The notes beneath the pieces are model-generated. The model searched no databases. It had not been told where the DNA came from and saw nothing but the letters and a program-made list of their open reading frames with translations. From the NCBI GenBank assembly GCA_965113315.1, contig OZ220363.1: a DNA stretch of 64,000 nucleotides; one strand, written 5' to 3'. Below, piece after piece: positions 24,987 through 36,063 of the stretch (positions are counted from its first letter, which is position 1; every line of letters begins with the position of its first letter). This DNA comes from Podarcis vaucheri (taxonomy: Eukaryota). A program made the translations under genes and the position numbers.

Positions 24987-25906
24987 GCTGGGATCCTAAG
25001 CTTTTATTCTGTGAGCAGAAGGAATTCCTGGAGGAAAAGTCCTCTATGCAGAGAAAGCTAGCTGGCCAATTCATTGCTTGGAATCCACGACTCTTTTTTG
25101 TAACAGATCCCTCCTAGAGTGGGAGAAAATATTTGCATCATTTCTACCAACTGACCCCATATGTTGCTGTAGAGGACTAGATGCCAAATGTGTTTAACAG
25201 GGTTTCTCTGGAGGAGATTATAGACCTGATTTATTACGAGAATCCTCATTTCTGAGGTGGTAAGGTGTCACATAGAGAATGAACTTCATTGTTAACACTG
25301 TCAGACACCCTTCAACAAGCAGTTTCAGGCAACTGCACTTCAGTGTTTTTTAATTGGAGATAAGCATTTTTTTTAATAAAAATGTTTAATGCCTACACCT
25401 ACTACCATCAGTCTCAAATTTTGAGTTCTGCGCAGATTTACTATATAGCAGGTGTAAGAAAAAACATATAAAAGAAGGGTAGAGGAGCTGCTGTGTTGGC
25501 TACTCAGTATGTGACTACTGTATATGTAAGCTTTTATTCCACATACGTATTTCTGTGGAAGCAGCTGCCTGGGTAAACGTCTCATTTCGACCTTTGCAAA
25601 ATGCAGTATCAAAACAGTAAGAGGTACGAATTTATGTTTTGATAATTTCTGCATACTCACCAAATGTTAAACTCATGTAGAAAGGGCTTCATAGCTGAAA
25701 AAATGGCAGCAACATTTCAGAGGGCTTTTCTACAAGACGACTTGTTCTATTGAGGAAGCAATCTTGAACACACTTACAAGTTAGTAAGCACCACTGAAGA
25801 CAGCAGGACTTAACTTTAAATAATTACATAGATTGTATTGTTAATGTATTATCTAGAGAGCTTTTTTAAAGGTTAATTACAGGTACTGTATAAAATAGGT
25901 AACAGC

Positions 25907-25912
25907 TTTATT
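25907..25912 (-). terminator. Candidate TMEM163 poly(A) signal (3'UTR ~25890-26948)
   Basis: tttatt on + is AATAAA on -, ~1 kb downstream of the stop; alternative minus-strand hexamers near 25533, 25003 and 24286. Confidence 0.5.
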
Positions 25913-26527
25913 GATTTACATGATGGGAGTCATAACTTGTAATCCAGATATTAAATTACATAAGATGGTGGGTGGGAACATGGAACACCTACAGAATAGC
26001 CTAACTAACAGTAGAAAGGCTATCTTACTACCACCTTGAAACCATCACTTATACCAGACAACAGGACACCCATGTATTTACCCATATATACCGCTACATA
26101 AGTGCATAATACAGCCATAGACATATAATCAAAAACTACCCCCTCTTGCTTTTTTGGCTTTTGCCTGTACATTAACACCTTGTGCTTATTTTGTCTGTGC
26201 AACTTAATATATTTCATAATGTGTTGCTTCATATTTATGCAGTGCAGAGAATTTTAGAAAATAGTATGAAATTCACATTAGATTCTTTGAATTTAAAAAT
26301 GGAGCAGTTTGGGAAAGGGAGTTGATTTGAGGCTGGTGGGGTGGGGATTAATTCCATGCATCAAGTAGTGTCTGTTGGCCCCCATAAGCTAAGTACAATA
26401 CCACTGAGTTCTGTGCAGAAGACATTGGGAATGTCTCACTTTCTGGCACATTCTGAAACGCTGGTGGCAACGTAACTAAAGGCCATCTCTTGTCTATATT
26501 AGATGCAGTAGTAGTCTCTTGTCTATA

Positions 26528-26600
26528 GAAGCTCATGCCACAATAAACCTGTTAGTCCTTAAGGTGCCATGGTAAAAGACTACTGTGGCTGCGCCCTCTC
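26528..26600. mobile_element. Penelope-like element fragment in the TMEM163 3'UTR
   Basis: gctcatgccacaataaacctgttagtccttaaggtgcca resembles a sauropsid Penelope terminal repeat; related to 50985-51172. Confidence 0.45.
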
Positions 26601-26948
26601 GGGTTTGGCTCCTTTATACAGGCATCTGTTGTGTTGAAGAACTCTTAATATTCCAGAAGACAAAACATGGCGGCTTGATTAGAACTGTGCACTTTGCTCA
26701 TCTCAGTTACCATTTGCAGGATTTTAAATAGCACACACAAAAGAAAACGGCTGCTTGTTGCTACTTTTGCCAAGATCTAAGCGGTGTACATATTTGCCTA
26801 ATTGTACAGATTGACCTTTTCTTGGAAAGATAATGTAAAAAGAAAATATACCATGAGAAACAAAGTGCAATCTTGTAAATATAATTGGCACCGTTTGCCA
26901 GGATGTAGTACGTTATCACATTTTGCAAAAGTCCATGGTGCTCTGTCT

Positions 26949-27009
26949 TTATTCAAACATTTCATAATGACGTGTTTGCCGTACACGAGGAACCATGTCC
27001 ACAAGTAGT
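26949..27009 (-). CDS. TMEM163: TMEM163 terminal coding exon ([K]LLVDMVPRVRQTRHYEMFE*)
   Basis: Acceptor catttccag|A; TAA stop at 26951-26949; recognisable RQTRHYEMFE C-terminus. Confidence 0.96.
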
Positions 27010-27426
27010 CTGGAAATGAAAGCACATGTTGATGAAGGACAAAAGTCACAAGTTGTAAGCAGAAAATCATGGACAATGGTGCTGGAAGATTTTTGAGAAT
27101 ATATCTTTGTATTCTATCCAGAGCTCAACCACTGCAAAGTAGATTTTGATAAGGTGGATTCTAAAAGGTGTTCTAAGCAAGGCATGCAATTGTAAGTCAC
27201 CCAATACATTGATATTTAAGCAATGAAACTTTGTAGCAATAAGGTAGTAAGGGCAATGGTAAATATTGACGATACACCACAGCAAAGTAAGTGCAACATC
27301 TCAGGAAATGGTGTTGAGGTTGCTACCCCATGCCTCAAGCATCATATACAAAGAACAGATCATCACAGTATCTGGTAAGCATGCAAACACAAAGAATAAG
27401 GTGAAAAAAGGAACAACTTCACTTAC

Positions 27427-27568
27427 TTCGCTCCATAGGCAAATATTGTCAGTCCAATTAGAACACCTATACTTCCATCCAGGTACCAAACAGCAGCATT
27501 GTGTTTAAAAACCTCCGCACTTATAAGTATGGAGAATCCCATTATTCCTCCTACCAGAGAGTTGAAAC
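27427..27568 (-). CDS. TMEM163: TMEM163 coding exon ([G]FNSLVGGIMGFSILISAEVFKHNAAVWYLDGSIGVLIGLTIFAYGA[K])
   Basis: Read by hand; acceptor ttatttcag|GT, donor AA|gtaagt; 142 nt. Confidence 0.95.
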
Positions 27569-27930
27569 CTGAAATAAAAAGTATAAATTTAGACTTGTCC
27601 AAGAACCAAAGAGTTTGCTCATCAGTTTAATGAGTTACATGGGTACCATTGTCAACTCACATAAAATAAACCCACTAAGAAATTTAAGCTTTTCTGGGTA
27701 CTGGCCACAAGATGTCACTCTGATCATGTGTCTCACTTTGATACTGCAAGGTTTTTTTTATCAGACTTTGCTTATGTTTACATTATAATAGTTAGGAATC
27801 TAGGATAAGTGCAGAGAACATGCATCTGCCTTCATCACAGAGCTTGTTCTGTAGGTTTTAAGGAAACCTACGACAGCTTGGCTAACTCTCAACCACCCTT
27901 CATTGCCTTTTCCCTAGAGGTCTCTCTATA

Positions 27931-28285
27931 CAGTGGTGCCTCGCAAGACGAAAATAATCCGTTCCTTGAGTCTCTTCGTCTAGCGGTTTTTTCGTCTTGT
28001 GAAGCAACCCTATTAGCGGCTTAGCGCTATTAAAGGCTTAGGGGCTATTAAAGGCTTAGCAGCTATTAAAGGATTAGCGGATTAGAGGCTAAAAGGCTAT
28101 TAGCGGCTTAGCGGCTTAGTAAAAGGGGGGGGAGCGGGAAAAAATCGGAACACTTGCAAGACGTTTTCGTCTTGCAAAGCAAGCCCATAGGGAAAATGGT
28201 CTTGTGAAGCAGCTCAAAAACGGAAAACCCTTTCGTCTAGCGGCTTTTCCGTCTTGCGAGGCATTCGTCTTGCGGGGCACCACTG
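27931..28285. mobile_element. Tc1/mariner (pogo/Tigger-like) MITE with internal minisatellite
   Basis: TIRs CAGTGGTGCCTCGCAAGACG / CGTCTTGCGGGGCACCACTG, TA TSD; sister copy at 63081-63333. Confidence 0.85.
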
Positions 28286-29682
28286 TATATGGTAAAAGAG
28301 CCAGAGTGTCTGAGCCTTTAGGAATTCATAAGCAGCCGCTCAAGTAATCCTCTGCATCCAAGTGCTAAGGATAGTTTTTGCCTTGGAAGTTCCACCACAC
28401 ATCCCACCTTTGAATAGTTAATACTTGCACTTCAAACTACTCCATTTCTTCCTACTGGTAGTTCTCACTCAGGTACCCACACCATTTTACAGCAATGCGA
28501 ACCAGGCATTCTAACTTCTCTCTGTAATGCAGTTTCACTCTATGCATGTCTATTCAGCATCTGCCATCTTCACACCCTATTCATAATTAGATTCCTCCCA
28601 TCTCTGTTGCCTCTTAGGGTGCTGGTCCAAGCAGAATGCTGTCTTTGGGTGCTTCCAAATGCCGGCCAATAGGCATTTCAGATCAGACTGCTATGTGTGT
28701 ATTCAACATGTTAGTTTTCACACATTCCTGTTTGTTCTCCCCCCCCCCCAGTCATGGCTATTCATTGCTGTTCCACTGCTTGCCTCTCGCAGGAGAAGAT
28801 GGAGGTTGCTGGAATGACTCTGGAGAGCTTTTTGGTTGTACACTCAAGTTACTCCTACCCTGCCATTTATTGCTTTTTCTGTTCTGGGCATGCCCCGAGC
28901 CACTGCTGCACTTTGCCCTAACCACCTAATCATATGCATTAAGGTGCCTAAATGTGTGCTGGGACGGGGGGTGCCTTATTTCATGAGCAGCCAATCTATT
29001 GCTGGGGGTGGGCACCGAAGATCCCCTTGGGGGGAAATCACTGGAATGAAAAATACTTAAAAGGGCAATAAAAACAGCAAAAGCACCCTACTTCAGCTCA
29101 GCCTAATGGCAATCAGCCTTCCCTTGTTTACCATACTAACACCTAGGGATGCTAGGTACCTATCTGGCTGGCCATGAGATGTCTCTCCTGTGCAGCGAGA
29201 AGTCTTTGAGAAATTGCAGTCCTGACTAGTGCTGGTGAAACATAAAATACTGCCTTGCCTGTTGTGCTGTTGCTGTTCTATCCATGTTTCGAAGGGGCTA
29301 CTAATTATACTGCACAGCAAATTAATATTTATTTTACTTAACGGAATTGGTATACTGCTTTACAAAGAATATAGTTTAGACTGTGGGAATCATCACAAAC
29401 AGAAGAAAGCTTGGAGAATGGGACTTGCCTACCCTCCATCATAGCCCCCCAGCTTTGTAATTTGATTACTTTCAGATTCTAATGAAATTTGCATTTGGAG
29501 AGAAAATGATTAATGAGGCCAGAGTGACTGCTTAAAGTTCCTTTATAGTCAAGCTGCCAGCCTCATCCTTTGTTAGGAAAGTTACAGGTAAATAGTCCAG
29601 AATCCCCAAGGAAATAGAGTTAAGAAGCATATCTCCAAACTAAGGACAACCTTAAGCAAGTGTGTACATGCACACATTTGCC

Positions 29683-30083
29683 CAGGGACGCGGACTTATA
29701 AAAAATATTGGGGGGGCCCGGGAAAGCTCGTGAAATGTAAATAAGCTCATGAATATGCAAATAAGCTCATGAATATGCAAATAAAGTGGCGCCGCCCCCT
29801 CGTGAGCGAATAGGGGAGAGCGTGCTGCTGCCTATTAATCAGCTCCAGAACAGCTGATAGGCGGGAAACCTGGGGCTAGAGGCAGGAGCCCCCGCCCCCG
29901 GGGATTCCCTAATCTCGCTCTCCGGCTAGGGCGCGCGGCTGGCTGGCTGGCTGGCGAGGGAGCAGGTGGGGAGGAGGCAGGGGACGGCGGCGGCGCCCGA
30001 GATTATTGGGGGGGCTGAGCCCCCCAAAAAAAATTTTTGAGGGGGCTCAAGCCCCCTCAAGCCCCATGGAGTCGGCGCCTATG
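29683..30083. mobile_element. GC/CpG-rich non-autonomous hAT element, young
   Basis: Perfect 8-bp TSD catttgcc (29675-29682 and 30084-30091); imperfect TIRs CAGGGACGCGGACT / AGTCGGCGCCTATG. Confidence 0.85.
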
Positions 30084-30391
30084 CATTTGCCCATAGAAAG
30101 ATATAGACAGAAACAAAGAAAACTGCAGTTCAAATCAGGAAGGCGGAATGAGCTTTTGGAGGTCTGATGTAGGAGCAGTGATTTCAATAATGTTATGTTC
30201 TGTCTCCACCTATGCTCAGCTTGTGTATCTGTAAATAACTTGAATATTACAAAAAACCCCTATTAAATCACAATGATTTATTTTCCAAAGGCAGCCAGAC
30301 CTGGATGAGCACTGCCCCTAGAAGATTTCACCAGTTGGAGAAATGGTAGTGTACATAATACTATTCCTGGGTTCACCTTATGTGTCAGTAA

Positions 30392-30631
30392 CAAGGTCTG
30401 TTCAAAACATTTGGGCACCTAAGGCGGAGGGCAGCTGAGTGGGAGGAGGCAGGCAGACTCCAGAGCTCCCAGGCGCCCAAGCAGTTTCCTCCGCTGCTGC
30501 CCCCCTCACCAGGGAAGAAGGGGTGAGGGAAGATTTACAACAGAAACAAGTGGTGGTGGAATCTGCTCTCCTGGTGGTTCACGCTGCCTGAGGCAGTTAC
30601 CTCACCTTAGCTCATGGATGGGCTGGCCCTG
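30392..30631. mobile_element. hAT-like non-autonomous element
   Basis: Ends caaggtctg...gctggccctg; TSD gtcagtaa/gtcagcag (6/8); GC-rich interior. Confidence 0.6.
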
Positions 30632-31640
30632 GTCAGCAGCAATTTACCAGGGTAAATAGATAGTTCAGTTATCTATTATCCACAAGCCTCTGCCTGCTGA
30701 TCAGGTTCCATCTTGAGCCTTCCCAGATACCATATTGTCTCTGCTAACTTGAGAACATTGGCAAGCATAATATATGCTTCCTCACTTAGCATGTTTTTAA
30801 ACAATTAACTAAGACTAAATACACGAGACATCTGCAGACTTAAAAAAAGAAATCCCTGTTAGATAGAAAATGCTGAATTCTGCACCCCCACTCTGTGCTG
30901 TCTAAAAGAAACTTACAGTTCCACAGGCTGTCACGGCAGGAAGCAAATTAACAGGAATCAGAAAAGTGCAAACAGGCAAAAGAGACATACTAATTCACTT
31001 TGTGCAACTGCTGCTTCCACCCCCTTGCTGTATTGCTTGCTTGTGGGTGGGAATCTCACCCTCCCAAAGATTATATTCCACCAAAAGCCAAAAATACAAA
31101 GAGAGAAATCTGTGCGTAGCTGCCTGACTAAAATAGCTTGAATGCACAGACACCAGGCTAATTACAGAGTTCAGTCTCTAATTTAGCTAACAATAAAATC
31201 AGCAGCAACACAATTATCACGACGACGTAATTAATGGAAGAGAAGTTCCTCAGCTATTTGCAAAATGCAGGACTAGTTGAAAACACTGGTAATCGTGTCC
31301 TATTAAACAGGTAGAGAAGTGGGACAAAACATTCCATCAGTTTTACCACTGAGCCAATTCAGATGGTCTTATCTTGGTTTAATAAGCAGAGATATGAATG
31401 AGCCTTTTTTATCAACACACGCAACCGCTTTCTGTGAGCTGCAATTAAACCCAGAAGTCTCGAATTTCCAGTTTTGATGAAACTGACATCTGGTGAAACT
31501 ATGGTCACCAGCTCTTAACAAGCCAGGGTATTTAAACACAACTTCCAACCATGGTTAGAGACTCCTGGTTTAAATCACGACTGGAGAAAGGGTCTGCACA
31601 GACAGGCAAAAACTCATTAATATTTGGCTTAACTGTTATA

Positions 31641-31854
31641 CAGTGGTACTTTGGGTTAAGAACTTAATTCGTTCTGAAGGTTCATTCTTAACCTGAAACT
31701 GTTCTTAACCTGAGGTACCACTTTAGCTAATGGGTCCTTGTGCTGTCACCACACGATTTCTGTTCTCATCCTGAAGCAAAGTTCTTAACCTGAGGTAATA
31801 TTTCTGGGTTAGTGGAGTCTGTAACCTGAAGCGTCTGAACCTGAGGTACTACTG
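31641..31854. mobile_element. Tc1/mariner (Tigger-like) MITE
   Basis: CAGTGGTACTTTGGGTT...AACCTGAGGTACTACTG, TA TSD; sister copy at 35590-36063. Confidence 0.85.
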
Positions 31855-33819
31855 TATACAACTGAAAATGGCCCATCTTCAATGGGTCCTTTAAATACAG
31901 AGGTGGCTAAATTTGGAGTCTATGGCTGCACTGACCCAGAGTGAATCCCCTGTGGCCATGCAGAAAAGGAGACATGGCCTTACTTTTAAACAAAAAGACT
32001 GACTTTTTTGGGGGGGAAATCATTGTATAATTCATTCAGAAGCAGTAACACCAAGCACACCTTCACCCCCCAAATTGCTTTCATTGATTAAGCAGCTGGA
32101 CTTAACACTGAACTTCTGGGTAGGAGGATAAATTCCCAGGAAGCCACATTTGTTTTTGGGACCCCCAACAGTGGCACAACTCCAGAGCAGGTAAACTTTT
32201 GCTGCCTCCATGCTCTGCTTTTGCTGCTGCTCTTCCTGAAAGGAAAGGGGAAAAGCCAGGCCATTCCTGGGGGACCACAGAGACAGAGAGACACAGACAT
32301 GCAAAAATCACTGAAATGCAGCAGCTGGCCTTGATTATAGACTTCTAGGAGTGGTGGGGAAATTAGACAATTGTTTTTTGGGCTAAAGAGGGGGCATTTG
32401 TGTTGAGTTAATTACCATAGCACACTCACTCCAGTGCTTTAGCCTCCAAGTTCCAGTAGTTCAAACTTAAAAGCATCTCAGCACTCTCATCAGCAGTCAT
32501 GGATTTTCTTTTTTTAAAAAAAGAATTGCCACAATTGTTTGCTCACAGCTGATGGCTCTGACAGCTGTGATGATGTGCAAGCAGTCAGCTTTTTCTGCTA
32601 CCACAAGCACCACTTGCTCTTCCAACAGTTGTGATCCTTCTTCAACAGTCAAATCATCTAGGGAAATTTTACCCATGACGCTACACCCTACAGAACATCA
32701 CAGGGCAGTATTTTCATCCATCCCAGGGAGTGGAAAGAGTAACCCTGACCCTCCTAAAGGAGCCTCTTCCAATGCTGTAACAATGAGTCTCCTGTTTCTT
32801 ACAACCAATGTTTCACTGTGAGGAGAGGGGCTTATACTTAGAAAGAGAAATGGTCTTTAAGGTACATAGGCCCCAGGCAATTAAAAGCTTCAAAACATAA
32901 GAACCAACACTAGGAAGCTAACCAGCAGCCAGTACAACTGCTGCAGTACTGAGTGAATATGGTCTCACCTCCCAAAATGTACCAGTAGGAAAGCAGTGGC
33001 ATTCTGCAGCTTCCAAATGATCTTTTTGGCACTCTCTCGCACAAAGCGCAATGCAGTGATCATTCCTAGAGACTATAAAAGCTCAGTACACATGGCTAGA
33101 CCCTTTCCAATAAATACCAGAGCTTAGGTAACACAGATTTGAAAAACAAATAAATAATGCTTATATGTTACTTTTCAACAGATCTGAACCATATTTAATT
33201 GCATTAAAATGAAATTGGTGGTATCAAAGCATCTGTTTCCAGCTTTTGTTTTCAGGATCACAGAGAGGCACCATGCCTCAGAATACCACACAGCAGGAAA
33301 ATCCTATTGCACTCATTTGTCCCACATGATGGACCACTGTGGGAAATAGGATGACTGCACTAGGTAGCCTTAGTCTGTGCTCCCTACTTGAATTTCTCAT
33401 GTCTGCTGTCTTGACTCCTGTGGAATTTGGAGCAAGACAAATAGGGGTTGTCCCCGATAAATAATTACAGTATTCTTGCTGCTGTTTGACATCTTTTTAT
33501 GCACTACACAGCAGCCTGCATGGACGAAACCATCCAGTATCAGAAGAAGCCTATGATTTGGCCATGTTTTGTGGCCCTCTCATTTCCTGCAACACACACA
33601 CTCCATCTGACTACTATTAATGCATTCAAGCTCTCCTGACTTGCTTGCAAATATTATTACTATTATTAAGTCCTTGGGGTTTACTGGTCTCCATGCTTTA
33701 TTTAAAGAGCTACTTCCATCCATCGATCGTTTTGTCACTTGGAATGTCTTCATTTTTCTATAGATTATAGATGCCAGAAATGCCAGAAATAAAAATCTCT
33801 GCAAATCAGGGAAGCTAAG

Positions 33820-33985
33820 GCTGCATACATACAATGCATTTAAAGCAAGCACCCCCCTCAAAAAAAGAATCATTTGTTAAAAGTGCTGGGAATTCTAGCT
33901 CTGTGTAGGGTAAACTACGGTTCCTATTAATCTCGGTGCAGAGGGGGGCGGTCTGTCCTTACAGCATTTGGTGATTATGCAGTCC
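33820..33985. mobile_element. Degenerate palindromic MITE (PIF/Harbinger-like)
   Basis: ggctgcatacatacaatgcatttaaagca...tggtgattatgcagtc; related to 53050-53224. Confidence 0.4.
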
Positions 33986-34148
33986 GAATCAAATGTTTAA
34001 TTTAATAGTAAGAAACTCAACAAATCTGTCAGCTGCACGTTAACTGGTAGCTCATAACTGTAGCTCTTTTTGTATTTTACCTTATGTTCATCTCACTCAT
34101 CTTTCATCTTATATAAAAGTAGCCAAAACTGTGATACTTGCTACTTAC

Positions 34149-34260
34149 CATCAGTTAACAATGCTCTGCTTGTGAGCACATTCCCCAACATAAATTTGAT
34201 CACTGCCAAGGTAGTACAAAGGATTCCACTTAAAATAGAAACACTATATAGAAAGTTATC
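34149..34260 (-). CDS. TMEM163: TMEM163 coding exon (DNFLYSVSILSGILCTTLAVIKFMLGNVLTSRALLTD[G])
   Basis: Acceptor cttttccag|GAT, donor G|gtaagt; 112 nt. Confidence 0.95.
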
Positions 34261-34622
34261 CTGGAAAAGAAAAATGAAAAATATATTATGTGTCACTTTT
34301 GCCATGTAATACAAAGCTGTCAAATAAATGTATAGATCTGGGCCCGAGCAAAACGCTTCTGGAGGTGGCTTTGGCTAGATATATCTGAACAGCTGTGAGT
34401 GTGGGCACACGAGCAATTCATACGCATATCTCGGATATTTGAGAGTGATGCTCTTACCCTCTCTGTGCAAGAAAGATCAACAACTTCCCCATTCAAACAT
34501 ACTTCAGGAGCATGAAAAAGGTGCAAGATTCAGCAGCACATCTGCTGGAGCACACCAAAACCTCCCAGGATGGATCAAAACCCACAATGGCTCAGAAGAA
34601 AAGGAGGAACTAGCCCCTAGCA

Positions 34623-34869
34623 CAGAGCCGTCTTTCCCATTTGGTGGGCTGGCGGGCATGCAGCTTGCCTCCCAAGCCCCCGCGGGAGGAGAGCGATCCC
34701 CACAGAGGCTTAGGACGGAAGCTGCGCCCCACCAACTATATGGCTGGTGGGTGTGCAGCTTTCTTCCCAAACCCCTGCGGGAGGAGAGCGATCCCCGCAG
34801 AGACTTGGGAAAAGGTCGACAACTCTGGGAAATGGGGGTGGGGCGCCGGATATGCTTAAGATGGCCCTG
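34623..34869. mobile_element. hAT MITE with an internal duplicated segment (~97-bp spacing)
   Basis: Perfect TSD ccctagca (34615-34622 and 34870-34877); TIRs CAGAGCCGTCTT / AAGATGGCCCTG; gcgggaggagagcgatcccc occurs twice. Confidence 0.85.
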
Positions 34870-35003
34870 CCCTAGCAGCTTGTCTGGCAAGTATCCTGGA
34901 AGGGGGAATTAAGTTGCAAGGATGTGTACTATGAGAGTAAACATACAGGTTCTGGGCTGGCTAGCTGCCACTGATATAGCAGAAAACAAGGGAAGGGGGC
35001 AGC

Positions 35004-35153
35004 CATGGGAGTAGCCAGGATTTATTTGGGGGGTAGGCTTTATGTTTGGGGGACAGAACAAAGTTATCTGCAACAAAACTGGACAGTTAGCTAAGTATTT
35101 TTATTTACTTACCTGATTGGGGGAGCAGCTGCACCCACCTGGTTATGCACATG
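35004..35153. mobile_element. Short hAT MITE
   Basis: CATGGGAGTAGCCAGG...CCTGGTTATGCACATG; TSD ggggcagc/ggggcaac. Confidence 0.7.
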
Positions 35154-35589
35154 GGGGCAACTGTGTCTCCCTCCCCGCACTTTCCTCTAGCATTATATAG
35201 GAATAATGAGAAGGGGAGGAAAAATGAGACCCATTCTCTTTCCCAGATGCCCTGCTCTATCAGTGCTCATATTCAGGGTTGCTATGCAATCCTAAACCTG
35301 ATCCCTCCGTCTCTTTATAGAACAGGGATGGGGAAGAATAAAAGGGTCCATTTCCCTTTCACCCTTCCAGAAATGCCTCTCCTGCCTGGCCTGGTCATTT
35401 CAAGCCAGCCTGGAACAGGAAAACTCTCCTTAAGGGGTAGGGATACAGCGCAACATTTCATTGCAAATGCCACATGCACTGTCTATTTTTGAACTAGAAA
35501 TAGGTTATTATACCAACTAAGATCTAATAAAATAGTATTCTCATTCTAGGATTTTATTTTATTTCAAAGTTGCATGCTCCATGCAAATA

Positions 35590-36063
35590 CAGTGGTACCT
35601 TGGGTTAAGAACTTAATTCGTTCTGGAGAAGAAGAAGAAGAGTTTGGATTTGATATCCCGCCTTTCACTCCCCTTCAGGAGTCTCAAAGCGGCTAACATT
35701 CTCCTTTCCCTTCCTCCCCCACAACAAACACTCTGTGAGGTGAGTGGGGCTGAGAGACTTCAAAGAAGTGTGACTGGCCCAAGGTCACCCAGCAGCTGCA
35801 TGTGGAGGAACGGAGACGCGAACCCGGTTTCCCAGATTACGTGACTACCGCTCTTAACCACTACACCACACTGGAGGTCGGTTCTTAACCTGAAACTGTT
35901 CTTAACCTGAAGCACCACTTTAGCTAATGGAGCCTCCTGCTGCCGCTACACGGCTGCTGCACAATTTCTGTTCTCATCCTGAAGCAAAGTTCTTAACCCG
36001 AGGTAATATTTCTGGGTTAGCGGAGTTTGTAACCTGAAGCGTATGTAACCCGAGGTACCACTG
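35590..36063. mobile_element. Tigger-like MITE split by a SINE insertion
   Basis: 5' part 35590-35628 and 3' part 35877-36063 together are colinear with the intact copy at 31641-31854. Confidence 0.85.
35629..35874 (-). mobile_element. tRNA-derived SINE (Squam3-like), full length, nested in the MITE
   Basis: Reverse complement of the 13723-13969 family; (GAA)n tail on +; ctggag duplicated at 35623 and 35871. Confidence 0.85.

Noticed and set aside
34439-34912. 157-aa and 128-aa overlapping ORFs
   Set aside because: They arise from a GC-rich hAT MITE with an internal duplication and show no protein-family signature.
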